This document shows, one piece after another, positions 50,124 through 61,032 of a DNA stretch of 64,000 bases (positions are counted from its first letter, which is position 1; each line of letters begins with the position of its first letter). The notes beneath the pieces were generated by a model. It saw nothing but the letters and a program-made list of their open reading frames with translations. It had not been told where the DNA came from and made no database searches. The DNA comes from an uncultured Actinomycetes bacterium (GTDB lineage: Bacteria; Actinomycetota; Actinomycetes; S36-B12; UBA10799). The DNA lies in the NCBI GenBank assembly GCA_964474045.1, contig CAYYRC010000012.1:4318-68317 (forward strand). The letters run 5' to 3'. Position numbers and translations under genes: made by a program.

Positions 50124-51449
50124 ATGTATCCCGAGTCGGAGTTCCTAGGCTCTGTCGACGGTCGCGAGGTGGTTCGTCTCGCTCGCGAAGTCCTTGCCGC
50201 CCACCCGGGCGACCCCCTGCGCGCGCGCAGGGCGCTCGACGTGCGCTGCCCCGATGCGACACCGGATCAAGCCCGAGCCGCGCTGGCGCAGGCAAGCCTG
50301 CAACTGCGAGCCGCTTCCCGCTTCGGAACGGACGCCGACGATCTGCTCTGGAGCGACGCAGGTCTGGCGGCCGCGTCCCGCCCCGGTTGCACGCAGCGTC
50401 GCGCCCGACGCCTGCTCGCAGCCGGCGTCACGGAGGTGGTCGATCTCACCTGCGGTCTGGGCCTGGACGCGATCGGCTTCGCGGCAGCCGGCCTGAACGT
50501 CCTGGGGGTCGAGCGCGATGATGCCATCGCCGACCTTGCCAGGCGCAACGTGGCGCAGCGCGGCTTGGATGATCGAGTGACGATCCTCGTCGGTTCCTGC
50601 CAGGAGGCGGTGAGCTGGGAGCACCTGCCACGACAGGCCTGGTTCGTCGACCCCGCTCGGCGCGATCCTGGACGCGTGCGGGCCGACGGCAGCCACATCC
50701 GGCTCGACGACGCCGAGCGCTGGTCGCCGCCGTGGTCATGGGTCAAGGCTCAGATCGGCGTGCCCCAGGTGCTGCTTGCCAAGGCCGCCCCGGGAATCGA
50801 GCACAGGCTGCTCGCACAGTCGGACGACGGGGACGAGAGCATCGATACCGAGGTCGAGTGGGTGTCCGAGGACGGCCAACTGCTGGAGGCCGCCCCCCTC
50901 TGGCGGCGCCAGCACGGCGCCATGGGTTGTGTTCCGAGAGGGGTGCGGCGCCGGGCGGTGGTCCTGGGACGGTCGCCGATCGAGTTGGGAAGCGGCACCG
51001 CGGCGGCGATGATCGGCCAGGAGGGTCCGGCGGCTCCGCCGGAACCGGGCGAGGTGCTGTTCGACCCGGACCCCGCAATCGTGCGCGCGGGTCTGGTGGC
51101 CGAACTCGCGCGTGCGATTGGGGGTCGGCTGGTGGACGAGCATCTGGCCTACCTGGTGGTGCCCGACCCGCTGCCACAGTCGTGGCGCGCCGCAGCGCGG
51201 CGGCAGTGGCGGGTGCTGTGGGTGGGCGGGTACCGGCCGGAGGCCATGCGGGAGGCCTGCGTCGACCATGGGATCGGCCAGGTCGACGTCACCGGCCGGG
51301 GCCGGTCGCTGACCGAGGATCGTGTGCGCAGGGATCTGCGCCTGCGGGGACGGCCCCACCTGCAACGGCGCGGAACTGTCATCACCATGGGTATGGGGCC
51401 ACGTCGAAGCACCATCGCCGTGCTGGGCGGCATTGTGACGGAGGCATAG
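50124..51449 (+). CDS. Class I SAM-MTase-fold protein with C-terminal THUMP-like region (cap guanine-N2 MTase-like family)
   Basis: 441 aa. Motif I VVDLTCGLGLDAIGFA, then LGVERD and FVDPARR. Family assignment is from memory of conserved actinobacterial proteins. Confidence 0.6.
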   Translation: MYPESEFLGSVDGREVVRLAREVLAAHPGDPLRARRALDVRCPDATPDQARAALAQASLQLRAASRFGTDADDLLWSDAGLAAASRPGCTQRRARRLLAAGVTEVVDLTCGLGLDAIGFAAAGLNVLGVERDDAIADLARRNVAQRGLDDRVTILVGSCQEAVSWEHLPRQAWFVDPARRDPGRVRADGSHIRLDDAERWSPPWSWVKAQIGVPQVLLAKAAPGIEHRLLAQSDDGDESIDTEVEWVSEDGQLLEAAPLWRRQHGAMGCVPRGVRRRAVVLGRSPIELGSGTAAAMIGQEGPAAPPEPGEVLFDPDPAIVRAGLVAELARAIGGRLVDEHLAYLVVPDPLPQSWRAAARRQWRVLWVGGYRPEAMREACVDHGIGQVDVTGRGRSLTEDRVRRDLRLRGRPHLQRRGTVITMGMGPRRSTIAVLGGIVTEA

Positions 51450-51511
51450 GGCAACGTAGGTGCCGGGCGCCGCCTCTGTGCCGGCGCCGGGACGACTTCG
51501 AGGAGGCCCCA

Positions 51512-53032
51512 ATGCCGGCGGACGAGAACGACACGGCGACTGACGCCGAGCTGTGGGCACGTCTGGGTGGCGCCGACGGCCACGACCGCGTGGAGCTGTT
51601 GGAACTTCTGGGCGAGCGGTCGCGCGACCGGGCGGAGTTCGCCCAGGCGGCCGCGCTGTTCGCCGAGATCGCGTCGATCTGGGACGAGGCCGAGCGGACT
51701 CCGGAGGCGGGGTATGCGTTGCAGCGGGTGGGCTGGTGCCTGTTCGGCAACCGGGAGTTCGACGAGTCGGCGGCCGCCTACGCCGACAGCGCGGCCCGAT
51801 TCGCCCAGGCTGGCCGGAGCGTGGAGGCCGCGCACGTGCTGTGGCTGAAGGCCGAGGCACTGCGGATGGGCGGGGACCTGGAGGCGTGCCTCGCCGCCGC
51901 CAACGAGTCCCGGCAGCTCGCGCAGGCCGAGCAGGAGTGGACCATCGCCGGCGAGAGCTGCTACGAGGCGGCTCGGGCGCTGTACTGGCTGGATCGAGAG
52001 ACGGAGGCCTACGACGCCTGCGGCGAGAGTCGCGACTTCTTCCGGCTCGCGGGCCAGCCGCTGCGGGTCATGGCCGTGGACGACTTCGCCCTGACGGTGA
52101 CGCTGTTCCTGGGCGACCTGGAGCGGGCCCTCGAGCTGGCAGTCAACTGCTATGTGCTGGCTCGGGCGTCCTCCACTCCCCATGACGACGCCTACGCCAT
52201 GCGGCGCCTCGCCGAGACGCACCGCCGCCGGGGCGAGTACTCCGCCGCGATCGAGTTGGCCGAGCGAGCCCGTGAGCGCTACCGGGACGACGATGACCTG
52301 CTCGGCGTGGCGCAGAGCGAGCGGGTCCGAGCCCAGACGCTGCTGGAGGTCGACGAGCCAGAGGCCGCGCTGGCGGTGTTCACCGACGCCCGGGTGCTCT
52401 TCGACGCCACCGGCGACGACTACGGGGCCTTCGTCTGCGACGCCCGCCGCTCCATCGTGCTGCATGGGCTGGGCCGCTACGAGGAGGCTGCCCGGCTCAA
52501 CCGGCAGCTGGCCCAGGGGCTGGTATCCGCAGGCTCGGACCTGGCGGTCGAGCTCGGCTGGACGATCGCGCGACTGGCGGACAACCTGATCGTCATGGGC
52601 GACGGTCCGGCCTGTCTGGCCGTCGTGGACGAGTGGGGGCCGCGGCTGGCAGCAGAGGGTGAGCGGCTCACCGCCCCGCTGCTGGCGCTGCGGGCCTCCC
52701 GCGCCCGGGCCCTGGACGCGGTCGGCGAGGCCGAGGCCGCTGTGGCGCAGGCGGAGGAGGTCCTGGCGCTGACCACCAGCGCCGAGGTGTCGCAGGGCAC
52801 GGCGTACTGCTACGAGCTGCGCGCCCGGGCGCTGCTGGCCGCCGGGGACCCGTCGGGCGAGAAGGAGCTGGCCCATGCCATCGCCCTGCACCTCGCGGAC
52901 GGCGACATCGACCGCGCGCGACGGCTGTCGCAGTCGTTCATGCCCGACATCGACCAGGATGCGCGACAGGATCGGCTCGACAGCCGCACCGACGACACGG
53001 CGCCTGGTCACGGCCCCGAGCTGATCGGCTGA
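51512..53032 (+). CDS. Cytoplasmic TPR-repeat protein
   Basis: ATG at 51512 with AGGAGG at 51501. 506 aa, Ala/Leu/Glu/Arg-rich, with recurring 34-residue-like A..A...Y..A..L patterns. The upstream 260 codons of track ORF 50732..53032 are an alternate frame of the preceding gene. Confidence 0.65.
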   Translation: MPADENDTATDAELWARLGGADGHDRVELLELLGERSRDRAEFAQAAALFAEIASIWDEAERTPEAGYALQRVGWCLFGNREFDESAAAYADSAARFAQAGRSVEAAHVLWLKAEALRMGGDLEACLAAANESRQLAQAEQEWTIAGESCYEAARALYWLDRETEAYDACGESRDFFRLAGQPLRVMAVDDFALTVTLFLGDLERALELAVNCYVLARASSTPHDDAYAMRRLAETHRRRGEYSAAIELAERARERYRDDDDLLGVAQSERVRAQTLLEVDEPEAALAVFTDARVLFDATGDDYGAFVCDARRSIVLHGLGRYEEAARLNRQLAQGLVSAGSDLAVELGWTIARLADNLIVMGDGPACLAVVDEWGPRLAAEGERLTAPLLALRASRARALDAVGEAEAAVAQAEEVLALTTSAEVSQGTAYCYELRARALLAAGDPSGEKELAHAIALHLADGDIDRARRLSQSFMPDIDQDARQDRLDSRTDDTAPGHGPELIG

Positions 53033-53049
53033 GCACCTACCCTGGGGCG

Positions 53050-53551
53050 GTGGCCCCGCGCGTCCTATCGTCCACCGATCTCGCCGGCGCGCGCCTGATC
53101 GCCATCCGGATCGCGCTGGCGAAGGGGTGCAGCCCCGAGGACGCCGAGGACATCGCCCAGACCGGGCTCGAACGGCTGCTGTGCCAGGACCCGCCGCCGG
53201 ACAACCCGGATGCCTGGGTGACCCGGACCGCCCGCAACCTTGTCGCCGACCACTACCGACGACGCCGCCCGGCAACCACGGATGAGCGGCCCGACGCGCT
53301 GGCGGCGTTCGTCCGGCTTGCTGCACCCACCAGTTTGGAGGGGATGGCCGACGTGACCCGCCGCCAGCTCGAGTCGCACTTGGCGCGCGTGCTCACCGAC
53401 CGGGAGCTGCGGGTGGCCGCGCTCAAGGCGGACGGTCTGTCGCTGGCCGAGATCGCCGAGCGGCTGGGCTACGCCAACGCCGCTACGGTCAAGACCACCC
53501 TGGCCCGAATCCGCGTCAAGCTGGCGGCGTTGACAGCGGAGCTGGTCGAGT

Positions 53552-53577
<26 letters not shown>
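53050..53577 (+). CDS. ECF-type sigma-70 family RNA polymerase sigma factor
   Basis: 175 aa. Region 2 reads EDIAQTGLERLL...PDAWVTRTARNLVADHYRRR. Region 4 HTH reads LTDRELRVAALKADGLSLAEIAERLGYANAATVKTTLARIRVKL. Confidence 0.8.
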
Positions 53578-54927
<1,350 letters not shown>

Positions 54928-54931
<4 letters not shown>

Positions 54932-55749
54932 CCGAGGTTGATGGTGACGCCCTTGGAGAACGATGAGTCCTTGGCGGTGAGCTTGGTCAGGGTCTCGCCG
55001 CTAGGAAGGTCGTAGACCAGCACGGCGGTGCTGCTGTTGCCGGGGTTGATCTCGTTCACGAAGCCCTGGGCCTGATCGTTGGCATAGATCCCGGCGGTGC
55101 TGTCCGGCGCCAGTTCACGGCCCTGGGAATCGAAGCCTTCGACGTTGGAGTCGAAGAAGGTCTGCGGCTTGTCGCCGATGTTGGTGACCTTCATCGTCAC
55201 CAACGTGTAAGTCCCCTGAGCCTTCTGCCCGTACTCGCCGCCAACCGCCGGCACGCCCGGTTCCACACCGGTGACGGTGAACTCGAACTTGCCGTCGCGC
55301 ACCGGGGTATTGATGCCGGCGGCAGTCTCGGACGGCTTGGCAGTTGCGCCGGTGGGTGTCGCTGAGGCCGACGCAGACGGCCCGACCGGGTCGGACGGCT
55401 TGGCCGTCTCCGATGGCTTGGCCGTCTCAGATGGCTGGGCGCTCGCCGGGGGCATTGCCGGCTCAGACACCGTGGCGGCGGCCGATGCGCCGGCGCTGGC
55501 GTCGCCCGCAGCGGTGGTCGGCTTGTCGCTGCCCCCGCCACCAGCGACTAGCCCAATCAGGATCAGGACGCCCAGCACGATGATCGCGATGCCCCACCAA
55601 CGCTTGTACCAGGACTTCTTCGACGGCTTCGGCGCACCGGGCGATGCGGGATCCGACCGGCCTGCCTCCGCGCCCTCCACCGGCAGCCACTGCGACCCGT
55701 CCCATCGATGGCCGTTGACAATATCCCCAACGTTGTATTGATCACTCAC
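54928..55749 (-). CDS. Single-pass membrane protein with DUF2510-like N-terminus, Pro/Ser/Ala-rich linker and DUF4352-like extracellular domain
   Basis: 273 aa with AGGAGG upstream of the GTG at 55749. Contains NGHRWDGSQWLP, TM WWGIAIIVLGVLILIGLV, PSETAK repeats, and a C-terminal beta-rich domain (FEFTVTGVE...YTLVTMKVTNIGDKPQTF). Confidence 0.65.
55394..55440 (-). repeat. In-frame 18-bp tandem repeat (about 2.6 copies) encoding PSETAK-PSETAK-PSD
   Basis: gacggcttggccgtctcc / gatggcttggccgtctca / gatggctgggc, read directly. Confidence 0.85.
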
Positions 55750-55910
55750 GCCGCAGTTCCTCCTGGTTGATCCCCATCCCGCGCGTGGCGGGCCTCCAAA
55801 GGATTCGACGGATCAACCCCCGCCCAGGTAAACACACCCCACGATCACCACGACCCCGAAAGTGCAGGCCTTTGTCAGGCAAGGGGCGTCTGGGACCCAC
55901 CCAGAGCCTG

Positions 55911-57041
55911 TCAAATACCTGCAGTTTCGCCGGGGGCGGCTGCGGCGGAGGTGGCGGAGGTGGCGGAGGTGGCGGGCGCGCCGCCGGTTGAACCCACCTC
56001 CACCTCCCAGGGCGGCGCGGACGAGTCGACGGCAAGCTCCAGCGAGCCCGGCGCCACCCCCGCCGCCAGCATCGCCGCGCCCAGCGAAGCCACCATCGCG
56101 CCGTTGTCGGTGCACAGTCCGGGCCGCGGCACCCGCAGCCGCACCCCGGCGGCCTCGCAGCGCTGCGCCGCCAGCGCGCGCAGGCGAGAGTTGGCTGCGA
56201 CTCCACCGCCGAGCATCAGGTCGCCGACCTCGAACTCGCGGCACGCCGCCACCGCCTTGGCCGTCAGCACATCGACGACCGCCTCCTGGAAGGACGCTGC
56301 TACTGCGGCCACATCGACCCTGTCCCCGGCTGCCTGCCGCTGCTCCACCCAGCGCGCGACCGCCGTCTTCAGCCCCGAGAACGAGAAGTCCCAGCGATGC
56401 TGCTGCTGGTCCTTCGCCGCGGTGAGGCCACGTGGGAAGGCAATGGCGTCCGGCGCGCCCACACGGGCCATCCGGTCGATCTCCGGACCGCCGGGGAAGG
56501 GCAAACCCAACAGTCGGGCGACCTTGTCGAACGCCTCTCCGGCGGCATCGTCCAGCGTGGCGCCGAGCGGGGCGATGTCGCGAGCGACGTCCTCCACCCG
56601 CAGCAGGCTTGTGTGCCCGCCGCTGACCAGCAGCGAAATCATCGGGGCCGGCAGCTCGCCGTGCTCCAACCGATCAACCGCCACATGAGCCGCCAGGTGG
56701 TTGACTCCATACAGGGGCCTGCCCAGCCCCCAGGACAGGCCCTGCGCCGCCGACACCCCCACCAGCAACGCGCCCGCCAGACCCGGCCCTGCGGTCACCG
56801 CCACGGCATCCACGTCATCCAGCCGCACGCCGGCGGCAGCACATGCGGCCTCGACGGTGGGCAGCATCGACTCCAGGTGCGCGCGGCTGGCGATCTCCGG
56901 CACCACCCCACCGAAGCGGGCATGCTCGGCGACCGACGACGCGACCACATCGGCGAGCAACCGCGTGCCCCGGACGAGGCCGATGCCGGTCTCGTCGCAC
57001 GAAGTCTCGATGCCGAGCACGAGCGGCTCGTCCGCCGTCAT
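55911..57041 (-). CDS. tsaD: tRNA N6-adenosine threonylcarbamoyltransferase
   Basis: 376 aa. Contains [16 protein letters not shown]-like AHV and GGVAANS. Carries a C-terminal low-complexity extension of about 30 aa. Confidence 0.95.
   Translation of the reverse strand: MTADEPLVLGIETSCDETGIGLVRGTRLLADVVASSVAEHARFGGVVPEIASRAHLESMLPTVEAACAAAGVRLDDVDAVAVTAGPGLAGALLVGVSAAQGLSWGLGRPLYGVNHLAAHVAVDRLEHGELPAPMISLLVSGGHTSLLRVEDVARDIAPLGATLDDAAGEAFDKVARLLGLPFPGGPEIDRMARVGAPDAIAFPRGLTAAKDQQQHRWDFSFSGLKTAVARWVEQRQAAGDRVDVAAVAASFQEAVVDVLTAKAVAACREFEVGDLMLGGGVAANSRLRALAAQRCEAAGVRLRVPRPGLCTDNGAMVASLGAAMLAAGVAPGSLELAVDSSAPPWEVEVGSTGGAPATSATSATSAAAAPGETAGI
55944..55975 (-). repeat. 9-bp tandem repeat (ggcggaggt x3.5) encoding [10 protein letters not shown] in the C-terminal tail of TsaD
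   Basis: Read directly. It lies inside the last 25 codons of tsaD. Confidence 0.9.
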
Positions 57042-57568
57042 CCTCCATCACCGCCCTGTCCGATCACGGCGGCGCCGATCAGCCGCCGCATGACGAGCGC
57101 ATCGCCCCCATCGCCGTAGTAGTCACGGCGCCGGTCGATGGCCTCGAAGCCCCGGCTGCGGTAGAGCGCCTCAGCGGGGTTGCCGGCACGGACCTCCAAC
57201 AGCATCCGGTCGGCTCCCGCCGCAGTTGCCGCGGCCAGCGCCAGATCCAGCAGCTGCCCGCCGACGCCGCCGCGACGGGCCATCGGCGCCACCGCAATGG
57301 TCATGAGATCGGCGTCGCGACCCGACAGCGCGACGTCCACGTAGCCCGCCACCTCGCCGCAACGACCCGGAGCCGAGCACAGCACGACCTGTAGCCACCG
57401 CCCTTCCGCCGCCAGTTCGCCGTAGAACTGCTCCAACGACCAGGCCGACGGACCGAAGATCTGGCGCTCAAGCTCTGCGACGGCCTCCAGGTGCCACCAG
57501 CGCATCGGCGCGAGGGTCCAGGCCCCATCCGTGCCGACGGGGACCACGAGGGGAGGGGGACCGCTCAC
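57038..57568 (-). CDS. rimI: Ribosomal-protein-alanine N-acetyltransferase (GNAT)
   Basis: The GTG at 57568 forms a GTGA overlap with the tsaB stop. The acetyl-CoA motif is [15 protein letters not shown] overlap with the tsaD start. Confidence 0.85.
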   Translation of the reverse strand: MSGPPPLVVPVGTDGAWTLAPMRWWHLEAVAELERQIFGPSAWSLEQFYGELAAEGRWLQVVLCSAPGRCGEVAGYVDVALSGRDADLMTIAVAPMARRGGVGGQLLDLALAAATAAGADRMLLEVRAGNPAEALYRSRGFEAIDRRRDYYGDGGDALVMRRLIGAAVIGQGGDGG

Positions 57569-58275
57569 GACACGCCGCCGACGAGCCCCGCGGGAGCCAC
57601 CGCGTCCGGCTTGCGCAGGTAGATGGGCTCCGGCGCGAGCAGCGACTGGGGCACGCTGGGTCCGGCCGAGCCGTCTGCGCGCGCGTCGTCCCAGGTCTGC
57701 TCGAACCACGGCAGGCGCGGCACCCCCACGCCCTCCTCGATGCCCTGCTCCGAGGCGACCCATGCCGCCAGGACCAAGGCATCGGGGCCGAACTCGTCAC
57801 CAGCGTCGATCCAGCGCACACCCTCGTTTACCTGCCGAACGACCGCGGGGGCCCCGACCAGCGGACCCGCGCAGCGACGGCCCTCCCCGTCGTAGCGGGC
57901 CCAGTACACCTCGCGCCGGCGAGCATCGGACGCCACCACGAAGGACTCCCCGTCCGCTTCAGTGCCCACCGAGCGGGCGACGACGTCCAGGCTGCAGGCG
58001 CCCACCACCTGCACCCCGACCGCCAGGCCCACTGCGCGCGCGAACATCACTCCCACCCGCAGGCTCGTGTACGGCCCCGGTCCCAACCCCACGGCGATCG
58101 CCTGGAGCTCCGCCGGCCGCAGACCCTCCTCCGCCAGCAGCTGCGCCACGGCGACCGGCAGCACCGAGCCCGTCCGCCGACCGCCGGCCAGCCGCCGACC
58201 GATCCCCGGGCGGCCCTCCCGAACCAGCCCCACGGCGACCTGCGAAGTGGAGCTGTCGATCGCCAGAACCGCCAT
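57565..58275 (-). CDS. tsaB: tRNA threonylcarbamoyladenosine biosynthesis protein TsaB
   Basis: 236 aa. Contains LAIDSSTSQVAVGL and GPGPYTSLRVG. Confidence 0.9.
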   Translation of the reverse strand: MAVLAIDSSTSQVAVGLVREGRPGIGRRLAGGRRTGSVLPVAVAQLLAEEGLRPAELQAIAVGLGPGPYTSLRVGVMFARAVGLAVGVQVVGACSLDVVARSVGTEADGESFVVASDARRREVYWARYDGEGRRCAGPLVGAPAVVRQVNEGVRWIDAGDEFGPDALVLAAWVASEQGIEEGVGVPRLPWFEQTWDDARADGSAGPSVPQSLLAPEPIYLRKPDAVAPAGLVGGVS

Positions 58276-58284
58276 GTGCCCAGG

Positions 58285-58761
58285 CTAGTGCGTGGCCCCG
58301 CCCAGCGTTCCCGCCAGATCCACGCCCGACCATCGCGGTCCCACTGCCGTCACCGTCAGCCTGCGCCCCGCCCCGGAACGGTCGAAGGTCAGCACCAGGT
58401 GATCGTCGCTGAGCTGCTCCGCAATCCCGACGCCCCACTCGACCAGGGTCACGGACTCCTCGGCGTCGGCCTGGAGGTCGAGGTCGTCGAACTCGCCGGC
58501 CCCGCCGAGCCGATAGGCGTCCACATGCAGCAGGTCCGGTCCGCCGACCAGCGACGGGTGCACGCGGGCGATGACGAACGTCGGCGACGTCACCGGGCCC
58601 CGCACACCCAGACCCTCCCCCAGCCCGCGGGCGAAGGTCGTCTTGCCTGCTCCGAGCGGCCCCGCCAGGATCACCAGGTCGCCGGCCCGCAGCTGGCTCG
58701 CCAGCCCCCGGCCTGCCGCTTCGGTGGCCTCAGCGTCCGCCAGCCAGACCGAGGCCGTCAG
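58285..58761 (-). CDS. tsaE: tRNA threonylcarbamoyladenosine biosynthesis ATPase TsaE (probable non-canonical CTG start)
   Basis: P-loop GPLGAGKTT and PTF.I motifs. The track ORF starts at the GTG at 58674, inside the conserved GDLVILAGPLGAGKT block. The 29 stop-free in-frame codons upstream encode LTASVWLADAEATEAAGRGLASQLRAGDL, a typical TsaE N-terminus, with no ATG/GTG/TTG. Confidence 0.75.
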   Translation of the reverse strand: MTASVWLADAEATEAAGRGLASQLRAGDLVILAGPLGAGKTTFARGLGEGLGVRGPVTSPTFVIARVHPSLVGGPDLLHVDAYRLGGAGEFDDLDLQADAEESVTLVEWGVGIAEQLSDDHLVLTFDRSGAGRRLTVTAVGPRWSGVDLAGTLGGATH

Positions 58762-59843
58762 CTCTCGCCCTTGCCGCGAGGCGCATCCGGGTCGATCGAC
58801 CGCAGCGAGCGCTCGAAGAGAGCGATCAACTCCGCGTTGACCTCCGCCGGTCGCTCCAGCATCAGCATGTGGCCGGTCTCCGCGAGCACCACCAGCTCGC
58901 CGTGCGGGACCCGCCGGATGATCTCGAAGGAATGGTCGGGCGGCGTCATCTTGTCGTCGCGGCCCACCATGACCAGCACCTCGATGCCGTGCAGAGCCTC
59001 TAGCGCGGTGCGCTTGTCGTGCCGGTCGAAGGTCGGCAGGAACTCGCCGACCACCTCGATGGGAGTCTCGTTGATCATGTCGAACGTGAACTGGGCGACC
59101 TCCGGCGGGACCTCCGAGCCGAAGCTGTAGCGCTTCGTCAGGATCAGGCTCAGGTCGCTGGCGCGCTCCCGGCTGGCGTCGATCAGGTCCTTGCGCCGAA
59201 TCATCGTCGGGGCAACCACCGGCGCCAGCCGATGAGCCACCTTCGCCACCGGGGCCGGCAGCCCCAGGGGGACCTCAGCGAGGCCGCCGGAGCTGGTACC
59301 GATGAGCGCCACCCCGATCACCCGCTGGGCGAAGAGCTGGGGGTACGACGCCGCCAGGGACATGACGGTCATGCCGCCCATGGAGTGGCCGACGAGCATC
59401 AGCGGACCCTCGGGCGCGAACTCCGCGATCACCCGTCGAAGATCGTGGCCCAGCTGATCGATGGTGTGACTCCCTGCGGGCCCCGCGGCGGAGCGACCAT
59501 GGGCGCGCTGGTCCCAGAAGACCAGCCGGGCGAGCGGCCGCATCGCCTCGCGCTGGAAGTGCCAGGTGTCGTGGTTGAGCGCGTAGCCGTGGCTGAACAC
59601 GATCGTCGGATCGACGCCCTCGCGCCATCCGTCGGGGGTATCCACCTCGACGTGCAGCTCGGCGCCGTCGGGCAGCACCACCCGGCCCGGCTCCCCCCGG
59701 AGGCTCCCAAGCTTGGCGCGCTCGTCGGCGTCGCTGCGGATCTGGTCGCCCACGATGCGGCGCTCCGCCATCACCCCTGCCGCCGCGCCGGCGACGAGGG
59801 CGGCAATCACCCCAGCGGCCTTCAACCCGAAGGACTCGGCCAT
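58758..59843 (-). CDS. Alpha/beta-fold hydrolase with N-terminal TM segment
   Basis: GHSMGG elbow and FSHGYALN. ATG at 59843 is preferred (GGGAGG about 8 nt upstream); GTG at 59852 is the alternative. Confidence 0.75.
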   Translation of the reverse strand: MAESFGLKAAGVIAALVAGAAAGVMAERRIVGDQIRSDADERAKLGSLRGEPGRVVLPDGAELHVEVDTPDGWREGVDPTIVFSHGYALNHDTWHFQREAMRPLARLVFWDQRAHGRSAAGPAGSHTIDQLGHDLRRVIAEFAPEGPLMLVGHSMGGMTVMSLAASYPQLFAQRVIGVALIGTSSGGLAEVPLGLPAPVAKVAHRLAPVVAPTMIRRKDLIDASRERASDLSLILTKRYSFGSEVPPEVAQFTFDMINETPIEVVGEFLPTFDRHDKRTALEALHGIEVLVMVGRDDKMTPPDHSFEIIRRVPHGELVVLAETGHMLMLERPAEVNAELIALFERSLRSIDPDAPRGKGES

Positions 59844-59844
59844 C

Positions 59845-61032
59845 TCATTCACCTCCCGAAGACGTAGCGACCTCGCCGACCGCCTGCAGCCGGGGCACTC
59901 GCGGCCCTACGCGGGTGACGATCTCGTACCCGATGGTGTCAGTCGCGCGCGCCCAGTCGCTGGCGCTCGGACATCCGTAGCGCGGATCCCCGAAGAGGGT
60001 CAGCTCATCACCGGCGACGGCCGCCGACCCAGCACCCAGGTCGACGACGAACTGGTCCATGCAGACGCGTCCTGCCACCGTGCACCGATGCCCGTCTGCC
60101 AACACCGGGCCGACGTTCGAGGCGGCCCGCGGGATGCCGTCGGCGTAGCCGAGCGGCACGAGTCCGACCACCGTGTCAGCCTCCGTGGTGTAGGTGTGGC
60201 CGTAGGACACCCCCACTCCCGCCGGGAGCTCCTTGACGAGGGCGAACCTTCCCTTGAGCGTCATGACCGGCCGCAGGTCCAACGCGGCCTCGGTGCCCAC
60301 CGCCGGACCCGGCGAGATGCCGTAGGCGGCGATGCCGGGGCGCACAAGGTCGTAGTGGGTCTCCGGCAGTCGCAAGGTGGCGGCCGAGTTGGCCAGATGC
60401 CGCCAGCGCGGCCTGAGCCCGGCGGCATGGGCCGCGGTGACCGCGCGCTCGAAGGCTGCAACCTGAAGGACGATCGTGGGATGCTCGGGCTCGTCGGCGT
60501 AGGCCAGATGCGACCACAGGCCGACGGCCTCGATCGTCCCGTCGCGCTCGAGCTCGGAGGCAAGCGCGAAGAAGGCATCCCAGGGCTCCGCCGCGCCGCC
60601 CCGCGACAGCCCCGTGTCCACTTTCAGGTGCACCCGTGCCCGGCGGCCGGTCGCCCGGGCCGCATCGGCGATCTCGGTCAGCATCTGTGGTCCGTAGGCC
60701 GACACATCGATGTCAGCCTCCAGACACGCGCCGAACGGGTCGCCCGGCACCGACAGCCAGCACAGCAGCGGTCCGGTGTCGCCCGCGGCGCGCAACTCCA
60801 AGGCCTCGGACAGCAGCGCGACCCCGAGCCAGCTCGCCCCCGCCTGGCGGGCGGCGGCCGCGCAAGCCAGCAAACCGTGGCCATAGGCATCGGCCTTGAC
60901 GACGACCATGACATCCGCAGGGTCCGCCGCAGCGCGGAGCACCTCGACGTTGTGACGCAGGGCGTCCAGATCGATCTCGGCCCAGGCGCGCCCGCGCAAC
61001 ACGCTGGGCGGCGCCCCTCGGCTCTCGTTCAC
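59845..61032 (-). CDS. alr: Alanine racemase
   Basis: PLP-lysine motif VVKADAYGHG and a C-terminal TIGYEI.T. The GTG at 61032 forms a GTGA overlap with the nnr stop. Confidence 0.9.
   Translation of the reverse strand: MNESRGAPPSVLRGRAWAEIDLDALRHNVEVLRAAADPADVMVVVKADAYGHGLLACAAAARQAGASWLGVALLSEALELRAAGDTGPLLCWLSVPGDPFGACLEADIDVSAYGPQMLTEIADAARATGRRARVHLKVDTGLSRGGAAEPWDAFFALASELERDGTIEAVGLWSHLAYADEPEHPTIVLQVAAFERAVTAAHAAGLRPRWRHLANSAATLRLPETHYDLVRPGIAAYGISPGPAVGTEAALDLRPVMTLKGRFALVKELPAGVGVSYGHTYTTEADTVVGLVPLGYADGIPRAASNVGPVLADGHRCTVAGRVCMDQFVVDLGAGSAAVAGDELTLFGDPRYGCPSASDWARATDTIGYEIVTRVGPRVPRLQAVGEVATSSGGE

Noticed and set aside
50732-51511. N-terminal 260 codons of track ORF 50732..53032
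   Set aside because: This stretch overlaps the methyltransferase-fold gene in another frame and is Gly/Arg/Pro-rich. A clean ATG with AGGAGG at 51501-51514 starts the TPR-like sequence.
51149-53326. 725-aa minus-strand ORF
   Set aside because: Antisense to the TPR protein and the start of the sigma gene. Composition is typical of shadow ORFs.
55944-55975. Short tandem repeats considered as a possible CRISPR or other array
   Set aside because: The units are only 9 bp, contiguous without spacers, and lie in-frame inside tsaD. This is a simple coding microsatellite.
55767-56425. Plus-strand ORFs encoding poly-Gly and poly-Pro/Arg stretches
   Set aside because: They are antisense to tsaD and arise from the 9-bp repeat and GC-rich codons.
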